The translations under genes were made by a program, and so were the position numbers. From contig JACZJU010000102.1 of assembly GCA_014860395.1 (NCBI GenBank), positions 808 to 64,807 on the forward strand: a DNA stretch of 64,000 nucleotides. The letters are read 5' to 3'. This stretch comes from Burkholderiales bacterium (GTDB lineage: Bacteria; Pseudomonadota; Gammaproteobacteria; Burkholderiales; SG8-39). Shown piece by piece: positions 22,466-32,991 of the stretch (the stretch's first letter is position 1; the number at the start of each line of letters is the position of its first letter). The notes under the pieces are model-generated. The model searched no databases and was not told the DNA's origin. It saw only the letters and a program-made list of their open reading frames with translations.

Positions 22466-22942
22466 ATGAGCAAGACTCCCCTTACGGTCAAGGGCGCGGA
22501 GCTGTTGCGCGCCGAACTGCAGCGTCTGAAGACGATAGACCGGCATAGCGTGATCGCCGCGATCGCCGAGGCGCGCTCGCACGGCGATCTGTCGGAGAAC
22601 GCCGAGTACGACGCGGCCAAGGAGCGGCAGAGCTTTATTGAAGGGCGGATCGCCGAAGTCGAGAGCAAGCTCGCCAATGCGCAGGTGATCGACCCCAAGC
22701 TGCTCGACGCTGACGGGCGCTGCGTGTTTGGCTCGACCGTGGACCTGCAGGAACAGGCAAGCGGTGACAAGGTGACCTACCAGATCGTCGGTGATGACGA
22801 GGCCGACATCAAGCACGGCAAGATTTCCATCGGCTCGCCTATCGCGCGTGCGTTGATCGGCAAATACGCGGGCGACGTGGTAGAGGTACAGGCTCCGGGA
22901 GGCGTACGCGAGTTCGAAATAATCGATGTACGCTACGAATAG
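22466..22942 (+). CDS. greA: Transcription elongation factor GreA
   Basis: [43 protein letters not shown]. 158 aa. Confidence 0.96.
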   Translation: MSKTPLTVKGAELLRAELQRLKTIDRHSVIAAIAEARSHGDLSENAEYDAAKERQSFIEGRIAEVESKLANAQVIDPKLLDADGRCVFGSTVDLQEQASGDKVTYQIVGDDEADIKHGKISIGSPIARALIGKYAGDVVEVQAPGGVREFEIIDVRYE

Positions 22943-23152
22943 CGGGAGTCGCCCGTGTTCGTAAATTCGGTCGCGGGCGACGTGGTCGAGGTACAGGCTC
23001 CGGGAGGCGTGCGCGAGTTCGAAATAATCGATGTACGCTACGAATAGCGGTAGTCGCCCGTGTTCGTAAAATTGGTCGCGGGCGACGTGGTAGAGGTACA
23101 GGCGCCGGGAGGCGTACGCGAGTTCGAAATTTTCGACGCGCGCTACGAATAG
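22838..23152 (+). repeat. 105-bp tandem repeat x3; unit 1 is the 3' end of greA
   Basis: TAG stops at 22942, 23047 and 23152, exactly 105 bp (35 codons) apart. The last 72 nt of units 1 and 2 differ at 2 positions. Units 2 and 3 are ~90% identical (94/105, counted by hand). Confidence 0.92.
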
Positions 23153-23171
23153 CGCGCAAGATCGGCTCGAC

Positions 23172-23528
23172 CTACTCGCCCTGGTAGCTTTGCTTCGTTC
23201 GGCGCGGCGGCTTGCGCACGGCGCGTTTCTTCGGCGCGGGCGTGGTCGCTGGCGGTTCCAGATGTTCACGGTACACGACCAGTATCTTGCCGATGTGCTG
23301 CACCGGGGAGGCGCCGGTTCGGTTGCAGATTTCGCCGAGCAGTGCCTGGCGCAGGTCGCGGTCGTCGCCTGTGACGCGTATTTTGATCAGCTCGTGCGCC
23401 TTTAGGCTGGTTTCAATTTCCTTGAGCACCGCAGCTGACAGGCGTTCGTTTCCCACCGTGACCACGGGCCTGAGGGCGTGAGCTCGTGCTTTGAGCAGCT
23501 TGCGCTCGGCGGGAGAGAGGGATTTCAT
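23172..23528 (-). CDS. yhbY: Ribosome assembly RNA-binding protein YhbY (CRM domain)
   Basis: MKSLSPAERKLLKARAHALRPVVTVGNERLSAAVLKEIETSLKAHELIKIRV with a basic C-terminal tail. The ATG at 23528 lies inside an over-extended ORF-track entry (23172..23897). Confidence 0.88.
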   Translation of the reverse strand: MKSLSPAERKLLKARAHALRPVVTVGNERLSAAVLKEIETSLKAHELIKIRVTGDDRDLRQALLGEICNRTGASPVQHIGKILVVYREHLEPPATTPAPKKRAVRKPPRRTKQSYQGE

Positions 23529-23573
23529 TTTGAATGCTATCGCAAAGTCTAATTGTAACAGCCTGAGCCGGAA

Positions 23574-24200
23574 ATGAGCCGCAGCAAGACGAGCAAGGCG
23601 TGGATGCGCGAGCACGTCAACGATCCTTATGTGCAAAAGGCCAGGGCCGAGGGCTATCGGTCGCGCGCCGCGTATAAGCTCTTGGAATTGGACCGGAAAG
23701 ACCGGCTGCTCGCGCCCGGGAAGCTGGTGGTCGATCTGGGCGCGGCCCCCGGGGGTTGGTCGCAGGTGGCGGCAGCAAAGCTCGGCGCCAGGGGCCGTTT
23801 GGTTGCGGTGGACATACTGCCGATGGAGCCGTTGCCGGGGGTGCATTTCGTGCAAGGCGATTTTCGCGAACAGGCCGTGCTCGATGCGCTGATCCAAGCC
23901 TTGGGCGGGAGCAAGGCGGACCTTGTAATCTCCGATCTCGCCCCCAATATCTCAGGTATCGGCGTAAGCGACCAGGCGCGAGCCATGTACTTGGCCGAGT
24001 TGGCGCTGGAATTTGCCCGGCAATGCCTGAAACCGGGCGGCTCGTTGGTGGTCAAAGTGTTTCAGGGAGCCGGATTCACGGAATTTTTGACGGCGATGCG
24101 CAAGGCTTTTGCCAAAGTGGGGTCGCGCAAGCCGGAAGCCTCGCGCGGACGTTCGAGCGAGATGTATTTGCTGGGGAAGGGTCTGAAATCAGGCGTATAA
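23574..24200 (+). CDS. rlmE: 23S rRNA (uridine2552-2'-O)-methyltransferase RlmE (FtsJ)
   Basis: [44 protein letters not shown] (SAM motif), [10 protein letters not shown]. Confidence 0.95.
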   Translation: MSRSKTSKAWMREHVNDPYVQKARAEGYRSRAAYKLLELDRKDRLLAPGKLVVDLGAAPGGWSQVAAAKLGARGRLVAVDILPMEPLPGVHFVQGDFREQAVLDALIQALGGSKADLVISDLAPNISGIGVSDQARAMYLAELALEFARQCLKPGGSLVVKVFQGAGFTEFLTAMRKAFAKVGSRKPEASRGRSSEMYLLGKGLKSGV

Positions 24201-24361
24201 AAGGGGATATGCAAAGGGCGGAACCGTTTCTTCCCGCGCGGCCACTTTTATGGCTATCCGGCGAGAGCCGCAGGGGTATTGCGGCGGCTAGCCCCGCTCC
24301 CCGCTAACCCTGTAAAATGGGCAACGAGCAGCATTAGCAGCAATAGTCGCATAGGAACCCA

Positions 24362-26248
24362 ATGAACAACATGTTTAAGAATCTCGTGATCTGGCTGGTG
24401 ATCGGCATGGTGCTGATGACCGTGTTCAATCAGTTCAACACGCGCCAGACGTCCCAGGCGGCGATGGACTATTCCCAGTTCTACGAGGAAGTCAAAGCCG
24501 GGCATATCGCCGAGGTGGTGATCGAGGGCCGCAACCTCAAAGCGAAGACGACCGACGGCAAGTCCATCACCAGCTACTCCCCCGGCGACATCTGGCTCAT
24601 TTCCGACCTGTTGAAATACGGGGTCAAGGTCAAGGCGAAGCCGGAAGAGGAGCCGTCGCTGCTGATGAACATCTTCGTTTCCTGGTTCCCGATGCTGCTG
24701 CTGATCGGCGTGTGGGTGTTCTTCATGCGCCAGATGCAGGGCGGCGGACGCGGCGGCGCTTTTTCGTTTGGCAAGTCGCGCGCGCGCATGCTCGATGAAT
24801 CCACCAACACCGTCACCTTCGCCGACGTGGCCGGCTGCGAGGAAGCCAAGGACGAGGTGTCCGAGCTGGTCGATTTCCTGCGAGATCCAACCAAGTTTCA
24901 GAAGCTGGGCGGGCGCATCCCCAAGGGCGTGCTGATGGTGGGCAACCCGGGCACGGGCAAGACGCTGCTGGCGCGGGCGATTGCGGGTGAAGCCAAGGTG
25001 CCGTTCTTCTCGATTTCTGGCTCGGATTTCGTCGAGATGTTCGTCGGCGTGGGCGCGGCGCGCGTGCGCGATATGTTCGAACAGGCGAAAAAGCATGCTC
25101 CCTGCATCGTATTCATCGATGAGATCGACGCCGTCGGCCGCCAGCGCGGCGCCGGCCTGGGCGGGGGCAACGACGAGCGCGAACAGACGCTGAACCAGCT
25201 GCTGGTGGAGATGGACGGGTTCGAGGCTACCGCCGGCGTGATTGTCATCGCCGCCACCAACCGCCCCGATGTGCTCGACCCGGCGCTGCTGCGCCCGGGC
25301 CGCTTCGACCGCCAGGTGGTGGTGCCGCTGCCCGACATCCGCGGGCGCGAACAGATCCTGCTGGTGCACATGCGCAAGGTGCCGATGGCGCCCGACGTCA
25401 AGGCCGACATCATCGCGCGCGGCACGCCGGGCATGTCAGGCGCCGATCTGGCCAATCTTGTGAATGAAGCGGCGCTGTTCGCGGCGCGCAAGAGCAAGCG
25501 CCTGGTGGACATGGACGATTTCGAGCGCGCCAAGGACAAGATCATCATGGGCGCGGAACGGCGTTCCATGGTGATGCCCGAGGAGGAGCGCAGGAACACG
25601 GCCTATCACGAGTCCGGCCACGCGGTGGTGGCCAAGCTGGTGCCCAAGTCCGATCCGGTGCACAAGGTCACCATCATCCCGCGCGGGCGCGCGCTGGGCG
25701 TGACCATGCAGTTGCCGGCGGAAGACCGCTACAGCATGGATCGCGTGCGATTGCTGTCCACGATCGCGGTACTGTTCGGCGGGCGCATCGCGGAAGAGAT
25801 ATTCATGCACCAGATGACTACCGGCGCGTCGAACGACTTCGAACGCGCTACCGAGATGGCGCGGCGCATGGTGACGCAATGGGGCATGTCCGATGCTTTG
25901 GGTCCGATGGTCTACGGCGAGAATGAAGGCGAGGTGTTCCTCGGCCGCTCGATCACCACGCACAAGAACGTTTCCGAGGTGACCATGCAGAAGGTCGACC
26001 AGGAAATCCGCCGCATAATCGACGAGCAGTATGCGCTGGCGCGGCGCCTGATCGAGGAGAACCGGGACAAGGTCGAGGCGATGGCCAAGGCCCTGCTCGA
26101 GTGGGAAACCCTGGACTCCGACCAGTTGGACGACATCATGGAAGGCAAGCCGCCGCGCGCGCCGCGGCCGACCCAGTCCAGTACCACGCCGCCGCCGTCA
26201 CCTCCTAAGGACGACGCAGCCGGCGCTGCAGCACCCGCTGCGACTTAA
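24362..26248 (+). CDS. ftsH: ATP-dependent zinc metalloprotease FtsH
   Basis: Walker [12 protein letters not shown], Walker [13 protein letters not shown] region [20 protein letters not shown], and zinc motif HESGHAVV. Confidence 0.97.
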   Translation: MNNMFKNLVIWLVIGMVLMTVFNQFNTRQTSQAAMDYSQFYEEVKAGHIAEVVIEGRNLKAKTTDGKSITSYSPGDIWLISDLLKYGVKVKAKPEEEPSLLMNIFVSWFPMLLLIGVWVFFMRQMQGGGRGGAFSFGKSRARMLDESTNTVTFADVAGCEEAKDEVSELVDFLRDPTKFQKLGGRIPKGVLMVGNPGTGKTLLARAIAGEAKVPFFSISGSDFVEMFVGVGAARVRDMFEQAKKHAPCIVFIDEIDAVGRQRGAGLGGGNDEREQTLNQLLVEMDGFEATAGVIVIAATNRPDVLDPALLRPGRFDRQVVVPLPDIRGREQILLVHMRKVPMAPDVKADIIARGTPGMSGADLANLVNEAALFAARKSKRLVDMDDFERAKDKIIMGAERRSMVMPEEERRNTAYHESGHAVVAKLVPKSDPVHKVTIIPRGRALGVTMQLPAEDRYSMDRVRLLSTIAVLFGGRIAEEIFMHQMTTGASNDFERATEMARRMVTQWGMSDALGPMVYGENEGEVFLGRSITTHKNVSEVTMQKVDQEIRRIIDEQYALARRLIEENRDKVEAMAKALLEWETLDSDQLDDIMEGKPPRAPRPTQSSTTPPPSPPKDDAAGAAAPAAT

Positions 26249-26308
26249 ACGGGACAGTCTGGGAACAATCAGAGTGTCTCCGGCAAGGGAAAAGCGCTGA
26301 ATGCACGA

Positions 26309-26334
26309 ACAAGGGGGGGCGCGCCCCCCCTTGT
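26309..26334. terminator. Perfect 26-bp GC palindrome (G7/C7) downstream of ftsH, possible bidirectional hairpin terminator
   Basis: acaagggggggcgcgcccccccttgt is perfectly self-complementary. No U-tract follows it. Confidence 0.4.
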
Positions 26335-26448
26335 CCCCCAGGAGGACTTCCTTCGGGGCGTATATCCCCCCCCCGCGAATAGACGCCGACAAAGGGGCGA
26401 TTATCGCGCCCGCGGTCGACTCCCGGCCGTCGCTGCGTACCCGATCCA

Positions 26449-27276
26449 ATGATCGCCCAGCTTCACTGTGGCCGCTTTCGCTTCGCGCTTGATCGGCCGC
26501 TCATCATGGGCGTGGTCAATATCACGCCCGATTCTTTTTCCGATGGCGGCCGGTTTCTCGATCCCGCCGCCGCCATTGCGCACGCGCACCGACTGATGGA
26601 GGAGGGCGCAGACCTCATTGATCTGGGCGCCGAGTCCAGCCGGCCGGGCGCGGCTGCAGAGGTGAGCGCGGAGGAAGAACTGCGCCGGCTGCTGCCGGTG
26701 CTGCAGGGCTTGCGCGACCTGCCGCTGTCGGTGGATACGGTCAAGCCCGAGGTGATGCGCGTCGCGCTCGCCGAGGGTGCTGCAATGATAAACGATATCA
26801 ATGCATTGCGCGCGCCAAGTGCGCTGGCTGCCTTGGCGGCCAGCGATGCCGCCGTGTGCCTGATGCACATGCAGGGCAGTCCCGGCACCATGCAGCAGGA
26901 TCCGAGCTACGGCGACGTTGTGGCGGAGGTGAAGGCTTTTCTGCTCGAGCGCATCGGGAGCGTAGTCGCGACGGGGATTGCGTTGGAGCGCGTGGTCGTC
27001 GATCCGGGCTTTGGTTTCGGCAAGACCCTTGAGCACAATCTCGAGCTGCTGCGTCACTTTGGCGAGTTCGCCGCGCTCGGCGTGCCGGTCCTGGCCGGTT
27101 GGTCGCGCAAGTCCTCGCTGGGCAAGATCACAGGCAAGCCGGCCGGCGAGCGTCTTGCTGCGAGCATTGCCGCCGCCCTGATTGCAGCGCAAAATGGCGC
27201 TGCGATTTTGCGCGTGCACGACGTCGCGGCAACGCGCGACGCGCTCGCGGTGCTTGCGGCGGTGAAAAATACCTAA
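26449..27276 (+). CDS. folP: Dihydropteroate synthase
   Basis: IMGVVNITPDSFSDGG, GADLIDLGAESSRPGA, ILRVHDV. 275 aa. Confidence 0.95.
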   Translation: MIAQLHCGRFRFALDRPLIMGVVNITPDSFSDGGRFLDPAAAIAHAHRLMEEGADLIDLGAESSRPGAAAEVSAEEELRRLLPVLQGLRDLPLSVDTVKPEVMRVALAEGAAMINDINALRAPSALAALAASDAAVCLMHMQGSPGTMQQDPSYGDVVAEVKAFLLERIGSVVATGIALERVVVDPGFGFGKTLEHNLELLRHFGEFAALGVPVLAGWSRKSSLGKITGKPAGERLAASIAAALIAAQNGAAILRVHDVAATRDALAVLAAVKNT

Positions 27277-27280
27277 AGGC

Positions 27281-27342
27281 CGTTTCGGAATTACCGAAAT
27301 GTCCACCGATGTAGAGGAGTATGAGGGGAGGTATCCTCTCAT
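27281..27342 (-). repeat. REP-like hairpin element, copy D (degenerate, inverted orientation)
   Basis: Hairpin TTTCGG-aatta-CCGAAA, then GTAGAGGAGTATGAGGGGAggtatCCTCTCAT. Same order and similar sequence to copy C (TTTAGGGGAGCACGAGGGG). Confidence 0.45.
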
Positions 27343-27359
27343 CTCGTAATAGGCACTCA

Positions 27360-28715
27360 ATGACAAGAAAATACTTCGGAACAGACGGCATACGCGGCCT
27401 GGTGGGCGAATCGCCGATTACCCCGGACTTCATGGTGCGCCTGGGTTATGCCGCAGGCGAGGTTCTGGTGCGCCGCGCGCATTTGTCCCCGGGCCAGCGG
27501 CCGGCGGTGCTGATCGGCAAGGACACGCGCATCTCCGGCTACATGCTGGAGGCGTCGCTGGAGGCGGGATTTGCCGCGGCCGGCGTCGACGTGATGCTGT
27601 CGGGTCCGATGCCGACGCCGGCGGTGGCCTATCTCACCCGCGCGTTGCGGCTGCAGGCCGGGGTGGTGATCAGCGCCTCGCACAATCCTTATCCCGACAA
27701 CGGCATCAAGTTCTTTTCCGGCGACGGCAACAAGCTGCCCGATGCGGTGGAAGCCGAGATAGAGGCACAGCTTGAACTGCCGATGCGCTGCCGGGCTTCG
27801 GCGGACCTCGGCAAGGCGCGGCGCATCGACGACGCCGCCGGCCGCTACATCGAGTTCTGCAAGAGCACCTTTCCCAACAAGCGCGACCTGCGCGGCCTGA
27901 AGATTGTGGTCGATTGCGCCAATGGCGCGGCCTATCACATCGCGCCGCATGTGTTCCACGAACTCGGCGCCGATGTGGTGGCGATAGGCGTCAACCCGGA
28001 CGGCCTCAACATCAACGACATGGTCGGCGCCACCAGCCCGAAGGCGCTGCAGCTGGCGGTAAAACAGCACAAGGCCGACCTGGGAATCGCAGTGGATGGC
28101 GACGGCGACCGCCTGCTGATGGTCGACCAACGCGGCAACAGCTACGACGGCGACCAGCTGCTGTATGTGATCGCGCGCATGCGCGCCAGGCAGGGTGCGG
28201 TTCCCGGCGTGGTCGGCACGCTGATGAGCAATCTGGCTCTGCAGCGCGCGCTGGAGGCGGAGGGCATCGCTTTCGAGCGCGCCAGGGTGGGCGACCGTTA
28301 CGTGCTCGAACTGCTGCAGGCGAAAGGCTGGCAGTTGGGCGGCGAGAATTCCGGCCACATCATCTGCCTGGACAAGCACACTACCGGCGACGCGCTGGTG
28401 TCCGCGCTACAGGTGCTGACCGCGGTGCGCGAGAGCGATGCCACCCTGCCTGAACTCTGCCGTGGGCTGACGCTGTATCCGCAGAAGCTGGTGAACGTAA
28501 AGGTCGGCAAGGGCTTTAGCTGGGAGGCGAACGCTGCGGTGGGCAAAGCCAAGGAAGCAGCCGAGCGCGAACTGGGCAAGGCCGGGCGGGTGCTGTTGCG
28601 GCCCTCGGGCACCGAGCCGGTGCTGCGCGTCATGGTTGAAGGCGAGGATGGCGCCAAGGTCGAGACGCTGGCGGCCCTGTTGGCCGAGAGCGTGCGCGCT
28701 GCCGCGCAGGCCTAG
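27360..28715 (+). CDS. glmM: Phosphoglucosamine mutase
   Basis: [13 protein letters not shown], active-site [13 protein letters not shown], and DGDGDR. ATG at 27360 inside ORF track 27321..28715. Confidence 0.96.
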   Translation: MTRKYFGTDGIRGLVGESPITPDFMVRLGYAAGEVLVRRAHLSPGQRPAVLIGKDTRISGYMLEASLEAGFAAAGVDVMLSGPMPTPAVAYLTRALRLQAGVVISASHNPYPDNGIKFFSGDGNKLPDAVEAEIEAQLELPMRCRASADLGKARRIDDAAGRYIEFCKSTFPNKRDLRGLKIVVDCANGAAYHIAPHVFHELGADVVAIGVNPDGLNINDMVGATSPKALQLAVKQHKADLGIAVDGDGDRLLMVDQRGNSYDGDQLLYVIARMRARQGAVPGVVGTLMSNLALQRALEAEGIAFERARVGDRYVLELLQAKGWQLGGENSGHIICLDKHTTGDALVSALQVLTAVRESDATLPELCRGLTLYPQKLVNVKVGKGFSWEANAAVGKAKEAAERELGKAGRVLLRPSGTEPVLRVMVEGEDGAKVETLAALLAESVRAAAQA

Positions 28716-28767
28716 CTCAACTAGACGGATGTGCAGGTTTTTCCAACGCCTGCGCGCTGCGCGCGCC

Positions 28768-28818
28768 AACCGTGTTCTCTGTATGGATGAATAGCACATC
28801 CATACAGAAAACACGGTT
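28768..28818. repeat. 51-bp palindrome (22-bp stem, one mismatch, 7-nt loop)
   Basis: aaccgtgttctctgtatggatg-aatagca-catccatacagaaaacacggtt. Confidence 0.85.
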
Positions 28819-28859
28819 ATGTGTAAAAGCAACAACGGCTTGGGGTTGATTTGTAACGA

Positions 28860-28910
28860 GATCGCCGATTGCGCGCGAATGTGCTTTTCATTCGCGCGCA
28901 ATCGGCGATC
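28860..28910. repeat. 51-bp perfect palindrome (22-bp stem, 7-nt loop)
   Basis: gatcgccgattgcgcgcgaatg-tgctttt-cattcgcgcgcaatcggcgatc. Confidence 0.85.
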
Positions 28911-28930
28911 CGCGCGGACGGGACGCCGTC

Positions 28931-28994
28931 CGCGCAAGTTGACATACACCGTTTGTATTGCGGTTCGTTTCAGCCAAATCGGCCTGTGATGTAG
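28931..28994 (-). pseudogene. Degenerate copy of the pstB 3' end plus its downstream hairpin region
   Basis: ~70% identical (30/42 over the hairpin part, counted by hand) to 29032-29094 at a 100-101 bp offset. Minus strand reads TAC ATC ACA GGC CGA TTT GGC TGA = YITGRFG*, identical to the PstB C-terminus. Confidence 0.7.
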
Positions 28995-29052
28995 TGCCTC
29001 CGGCCGGGCTTTCAGCCCTTAACTTGCGCTGCGCGCAAGTTAGCCTACGCCG

Positions 29053-29094
29053 TTACATCACTGGTCGTTTCAACCGAAACGACCAGTGATGTAA
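29053..29094 (-). terminator. Perfect 19-bp-stem hairpin made from the last codons of pstB and their inverted copy
   Basis: ttacatcactggtcgtttc-aacc-gaaacgaccagtgatgtaa. The stop codon (29070-29072) sits at the loop. A second hairpin aacttgcgc-t-gcgcgcaagtt lies at 29021-29041. Confidence 0.55.
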
Positions 29095-29876
29095 TCTTCG
29101 GTTTCTTTCTTGGCGGGGTTGATAAAGATCTTGTCGGTAATGTCGAATTCGATCAGCTCGCCCAGGTACATGTAGGCGGTGAAGTCGGACACACGCGCCG
29201 CCTGTTGCATGTTGTGGGTGACGATGGCGATGGTGTAGTCCGCCTTGAGTTCATTCAGCAGTTCCTCGATTTTCGCCGTGGAAATGGGGTCCAGCGCCGA
29301 GGTCGGTTCGTCCAGCAGCAGCACTTCCGGCTTGACCGCGACCGCGCGCGCGATGCACAGGCGCTGCTGCTGCCCGCCTGAAAGGCTGAGTCCGCTTTGA
29401 CGCAGCTTGTCCTTGGTTTCGTCCCATAGCGCCGCCTTGCGCAGCGCCCATTCGACGCGCTCGTCCATCTCCCCGCCGCTGAGCCTCTCGTACAGCTTGA
29501 CGCCGAAAGCGATGTTCTCGTAAATCGACATCGGAAACGGCGTCGGCTTCTGGAATACCATCCCGACCTTGGCGCGCAGCGCGATCACATCCTGGCGCGG
29601 ATCGAGTATGTTGCTGTCATTCAGCATGATCTCGCCGGTGGCGCGGTGCCCAGGATACAGGTCGTACATGCGGTTGAAGATGCGCAGCAGCGTGGATTTG
29701 CCGCAGCCGGAAGGGCCGATGAAGGCGGTAATTCTTCTTTCGGCGATTTCCAGATTGACGTTCGTCAGCGCCTGGTAAGTGCCGTAGTAGAAATTGAGAT
29801 TGCGAGCCCTGATCTTGCTGACAGCAGGCGGCGCCTGGATGCTTGTGTCGTGCGACGTCTGATTGCCGGTGTCCAT
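29070..29876 (-). CDS. pstB: Phosphate ABC transporter ATP-binding protein PstB
   Basis: Walker [10 protein letters not shown], signature [14 protein letters not shown], Walker [12 protein letters not shown], and PstB-typical C-terminus [10 protein letters not shown]. Confidence 0.97.
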   Translation of the reverse strand: MDTGNQTSHDTSIQAPPAVSKIRARNLNFYYGTYQALTNVNLEIAERRITAFIGPSGCGKSTLLRIFNRMYDLYPGHRATGEIMLNDSNILDPRQDVIALRAKVGMVFQKPTPFPMSIYENIAFGVKLYERLSGGEMDERVEWALRKAALWDETKDKLRQSGLSLSGGQQQRLCIARAVAVKPEVLLLDEPTSALDPISTAKIEELLNELKADYTIAIVTHNMQQAARVSDFTAYMYLGELIEFDITDKIFINPAKKETEDYITGRFG

Positions 29877-29901
29877 AGTCTCGAATCGCGAATTGAATTG
29901 G

Positions 29902-30747
29902 TCAGGCCAGCGTCGATTTCTGCCGGAAGATGATGCGCGCGAGGATATTCAGCCCCAATACGCTCAGCGTGATCAGCAAGGCGCCGCCCCAGGCGAGTGC
30001 TTCCCAGTCGCGGTACGGGCTCATCGCGAACTGGAAGATGACCATGGGCAGGTTAGCCATGGGCGCATCCATGTCGGACGACCAGAACTGGTTGTTGAGC
30101 GCGGTGAACAGCAAGGGCGCGGTTTCGCCGCTGATGCGCGCGACCGCCAGCAGTATGCCGGTGATGATGCCGGCGCGCGCCGCGCGCAGCGTCACGAAGG
30201 ATACGACTATCCATTGCGGCGCGCCCAGCGCGGCGGCCGCCTCGCGCATGCTGTCCGGCACCAGCCGCAGCATGTTTTCGGTGGTCTTCAGAACCACGGG
30301 AATGACTATCAGCGCCAGGGCGAAGGCGCCGGCCCAGCCGGAAAAATGCCTGACGTTGGCGACATAGACTGTATAAACGAACAAGCCGATGACGATGGAA
30401 GGCGCGCTCAACAGGATGTCGTTGATGAAGCGTGTCGCCGGCGCAAGCCAGCCACGGCGGCCGTATTCGGCAACATAGGTGCCGGCGAGGATGCCGATCG
30501 GCGTGCCTATCAGGGTGGCGAGCAGCGACATCAGCAGGCTGCCGAAGATGGCGTTGGCAAGTCCGCCCTTGCTGCCCGGCGGCGGCGTGCTCTGGGTGAA
30601 CATGGTGAGATCGATAGAGTTAAATCCCTGCGCAAACAGGGTCCACAGTATCCACGACAGCCAGAACAGGCCGAACAGCACCGTCAGCATCGAGATGCCC
30701 AGGTTGATGAAATTGATTACGCGCCGACGGCGATAAAGTGCGTTCAT
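29902..30747 (-). CDS. pstA: Phosphate ABC transporter permease PstA
   Basis: 281 aa, 6 TM, with EAA-loop region [12 protein letters not shown]. Positioned between pstC and pstB. Confidence 0.93.
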   Translation of the reverse strand: MNALYRRRRVINFINLGISMLTVLFGLFWLSWILWTLFAQGFNSIDLTMFTQSTPPPGSKGGLANAIFGSLLMSLLATLIGTPIGILAGTYVAEYGRRGWLAPATRFINDILLSAPSIVIGLFVYTVYVANVRHFSGWAGAFALALIVIPVVLKTTENMLRLVPDSMREAAAALGAPQWIVVSFVTLRAARAGIITGILLAVARISGETAPLLFTALNNQFWSSDMDAPMANLPMVIFQFAMSPYRDWEALAWGGALLITLSVLGLNILARIIFRQKSTLA

Positions 30748-30754
30748 GGATGAG

Positions 30755-31774
30755 TCAGGTGCGTGTGCCCTCGCCTTTGGCGAGTTGGTATAGCAGAACT
30801 TTCGACAATGCCAGCACGATGAAGGTTATCAGAAACAAGATCAGTCCGAGTTCTATCAATGCGGAGGTATACAACACACCGTCCGCTTCGGTGAATTCGT
30901 TGGCCAGTGCCGAGGCGATGCTGTTCCCCGGGGAAAACAGCGATGTGCCCAGCCTGTGGGCATTGCCGATGACGAAGGTCACCGCCATGGTTTCGCCCAG
31001 CGCCCGGCCCAGTCCCAGCAGTATGCCGCCGACTACGCCGATCCTGGTGTAGGGCAGCACCACGTTCCAGACCACCTCCCAGGTCGTTGCGCCTACGGCA
31101 TAGGCCGATTCCTTCAGCATCGCTGGAACAACCTCGAACACGTCGCGCATCACCGACGCGATGAACGGTATGACCATGATGGCGAGAATGATTCCGGCCG
31201 AGAGCATGCCTATGCCTTGCGGTGCGCCTCTGAACAGCGGGCCGATGATCCAGATGGGCCCGAGGTGCTCGATCATCCAGGGCTGAATGTATTCGGCGAA
31301 GATCGGGGCGAAGACGAACAGGCCCCACATGCCGTAAATGATGCTTGGGATAGCTGCGAGCAGTTCGATGGCGGTGCCGATGGGGCGCCGCAGCCACAGC
31401 GGCGACAACTCGGTAAGAAATACCGCAATGCCGAAACTCACCGGTATGCCAATAAGAAGCGCGATGAACGAGGTGACCAGTGTGCCGAAAATCGGCACCA
31501 GCGCGCCGAATTGCTTGGTAACCGGATTCCATTCGTGGCTGGTGAGAAATCCCGGGCCGAAGGCCTTGATCGCCGGCCAGCTACCGATAAGGAGCGATAT
31601 CAGGATCCCGATCAGAATTGTCAGCACAAGGAAGGCAAATATCCGCGTAACGCCGCGAAACGCCAAGTCGTACAGATGCTGTCGCTTCAGCTGGCCTTCG
31701 GGAATGGTGTGCAACATGCCTACTTGAAAAGAAGCCCCTTGCGGGGCTTCAATACTGTGGTCAACGGCGCCCAT
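30755..31774 (-). CDS. pstC: Phosphate ABC transporter permease PstC
   Basis: 339 aa permease with [17 protein letters not shown]-loop. First permease gene after pstS. Confidence 0.93.
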   Translation of the reverse strand: MGAVDHSIEAPQGASFQVGMLHTIPEGQLKRQHLYDLAFRGVTRIFAFLVLTILIGILISLLIGSWPAIKAFGPGFLTSHEWNPVTKQFGALVPIFGTLVTSFIALLIGIPVSFGIAVFLTELSPLWLRRPIGTAIELLAAIPSIIYGMWGLFVFAPIFAEYIQPWMIEHLGPIWIIGPLFRGAPQGIGMLSAGIILAIMVIPFIASVMRDVFEVVPAMLKESAYAVGATTWEVVWNVVLPYTRIGVVGGILLGLGRALGETMAVTFVIGNAHRLGTSLFSPGNSIASALANEFTEADGVLYTSALIELGLILFLITFIVLALSKVLLYQLAKGEGTRT

Positions 31775-31807
31775 TTTAGCCTTCCCCGGCGGCCCTTGTC
31801 ACAGAGC

Positions 31808-32857
31808 CTACCAGATCGGCTTGCCGCTCGAGTCCTTGAGCTTCTCCTTCCACTCGGCGTGAATCAGCGCTACGACCTCGTCAGGCATGGGGACGTAATT
31901 CAGTTCCAATGCCAGCTTGTCGCCGTTCTTGTAGGCCCAGTCGAAGAACTTGAGCACTTCCTTGGCAGTGGCGGCATTGGCCTGGGTCTTGTGCATCAGA
32001 ATGAACGTGGCGCCGGTGATGGGCCAGCTGTCCTTGCCGGGTTCGTTGGTGAGGATTTCGTAGAATCCGGGCGCGTTCTTCCAGTCGGCGCCCGCGGCCG
32101 CGGCCTGGAAGGTTTTGTCCTCAGGGGCGACGAACTGGCCATCCCGGTTCTGCAGCAGGGTGTATGCCATCTTGTTCTGCTTGGCATAAGCGTATTCGAC
32201 ATAGCCGATCGCCCCCTTGATGCGCTGCACGAACGAGGCTACGCCTTCATTGCCTTTGCCGCCTGCGCCGGTGGGGGCGGGCCAGGCGACCGATTTGTCA
32301 TTGCCTACCTTGTCTTTCCACTCCTGGCTGACCTTGGACAGGTAGTTGGTGAAGATGAAGGTGGTGCCCGAGCCGTCAGAACGGTTCACCACAGTGATCG
32401 CAGCATCCGGCAGCTTCATGCCCTTGTTGAGCTCGGCAATCGCCGGGTCGTTCCATTTCTTGATCTTGCCCAGATAGATGTCGGCCAGGGTTGTGCCGGA
32501 GAGTTTCATTTCGCCGGGCTTGACCCCTTCGATATTGACCACCGGCACCACGCCGCCCATTACCGTGGGGAATTGCACCAGGCCGTCCTTCTCCAGTTCC
32601 TCAGCTTTTAGCGGTGCGTCGGAAGCGCCGAAATCGACGGTCTTGGCCTTGATCTGCTTGATGCCGCCGCCCGAGCCGATCGACTGGTAGTTCATGCTGG
32701 TACCGGTCTTGGCCTTGTAGGCCTCGGCCCATTTGGCGTAGGCGGGGTAGGGGAAGGTGGCGCCGGCGCCGGTGATATTTGCGGCCGTCGCGGTCGTTGC
32801 GGCGCAGATTCCCAGCGCCAGCAGCGCCGGAGTGAACATACGATGAGCCAGTTTCAT
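31808..32857 (-). CDS. pstS: Phosphate ABC transporter substrate-binding protein PstS
   Basis: Signal peptide, then [26 protein letters not shown] and RSDGSGTTF motifs. Confidence 0.96.
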   Translation of the reverse strand: MKLAHRMFTPALLALGICAATTATAANITGAGATFPYPAYAKWAEAYKAKTGTSMNYQSIGSGGGIKQIKAKTVDFGASDAPLKAEELEKDGLVQFPTVMGGVVPVVNIEGVKPGEMKLSGTTLADIYLGKIKKWNDPAIAELNKGMKLPDAAITVVNRSDGSGTTFIFTNYLSKVSQEWKDKVGNDKSVAWPAPTGAGGKGNEGVASFVQRIKGAIGYVEYAYAKQNKMAYTLLQNRDGQFVAPEDKTFQAAAAGADWKNAPGFYEILTNEPGKDSWPITGATFILMHKTQANAATAKEVLKFFDWAYKNGDKLALELNYVPMPDEVVALIHAEWKEKLKDSSGKPIW

Positions 32858-32991
32858 GTGGAAGTCTCCAGTAAGAGTTTTACGTTGCTACCCTGGTCGC
32901 GGGTACCAAGCGGCGATGTTATGGCCGCTTTGTTACACGAATATTACGCGTTCAAATTCGAGCGCCGGAGCGCCGCTCATGGATCGCAGCC

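Noticed and set aside
22838-23152. Possible CRISPR array (regularly spaced repeats)
   Set aside because: The sequence between the best-conserved cores is itself homologous between units, so there are no unique spacers. The unit is a copy of the greA coding end, and no cas genes or leader are present.
22397-23269. 290-aa minus-strand ORF with internal peptide repeats ([20 protein letters not shown])
   Set aside because: The peptide repeats are simply the antisense reading of the 105-bp greA tandem units. The ORF overlaps greA and yhbY and has no independent support.
24290-24315. Possible sixth REP-like fragment (ccccgctccccgctaaccctg) upstream of ftsH
   Set aside because: Only the tail resembles GCTCCCCTAAAYCAGG, and the GAGGGG hairpin is absent. 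It is too short to distinguish from chance.
26366-26374. C9 tract as a phase-variation switch
   Set aside because: It is intergenic. It is not within an ORF or between recognisable -35/-10 elements, so there is no evidence for an on/off mechanism. It is reported only as a slippage-prone curiosity.
32921-32938. Candidate Pho box upstream of pstS (minus strand GTGTAACAAAGCGGCCAT)
   Set aside because: It matches only 12 of 18 positions of the E. coli consensus CTGTCATAWAWCTGTCAY. No convincing -10 lies at the expected distance. It needs a PhoB weight-matrix scan before being called.
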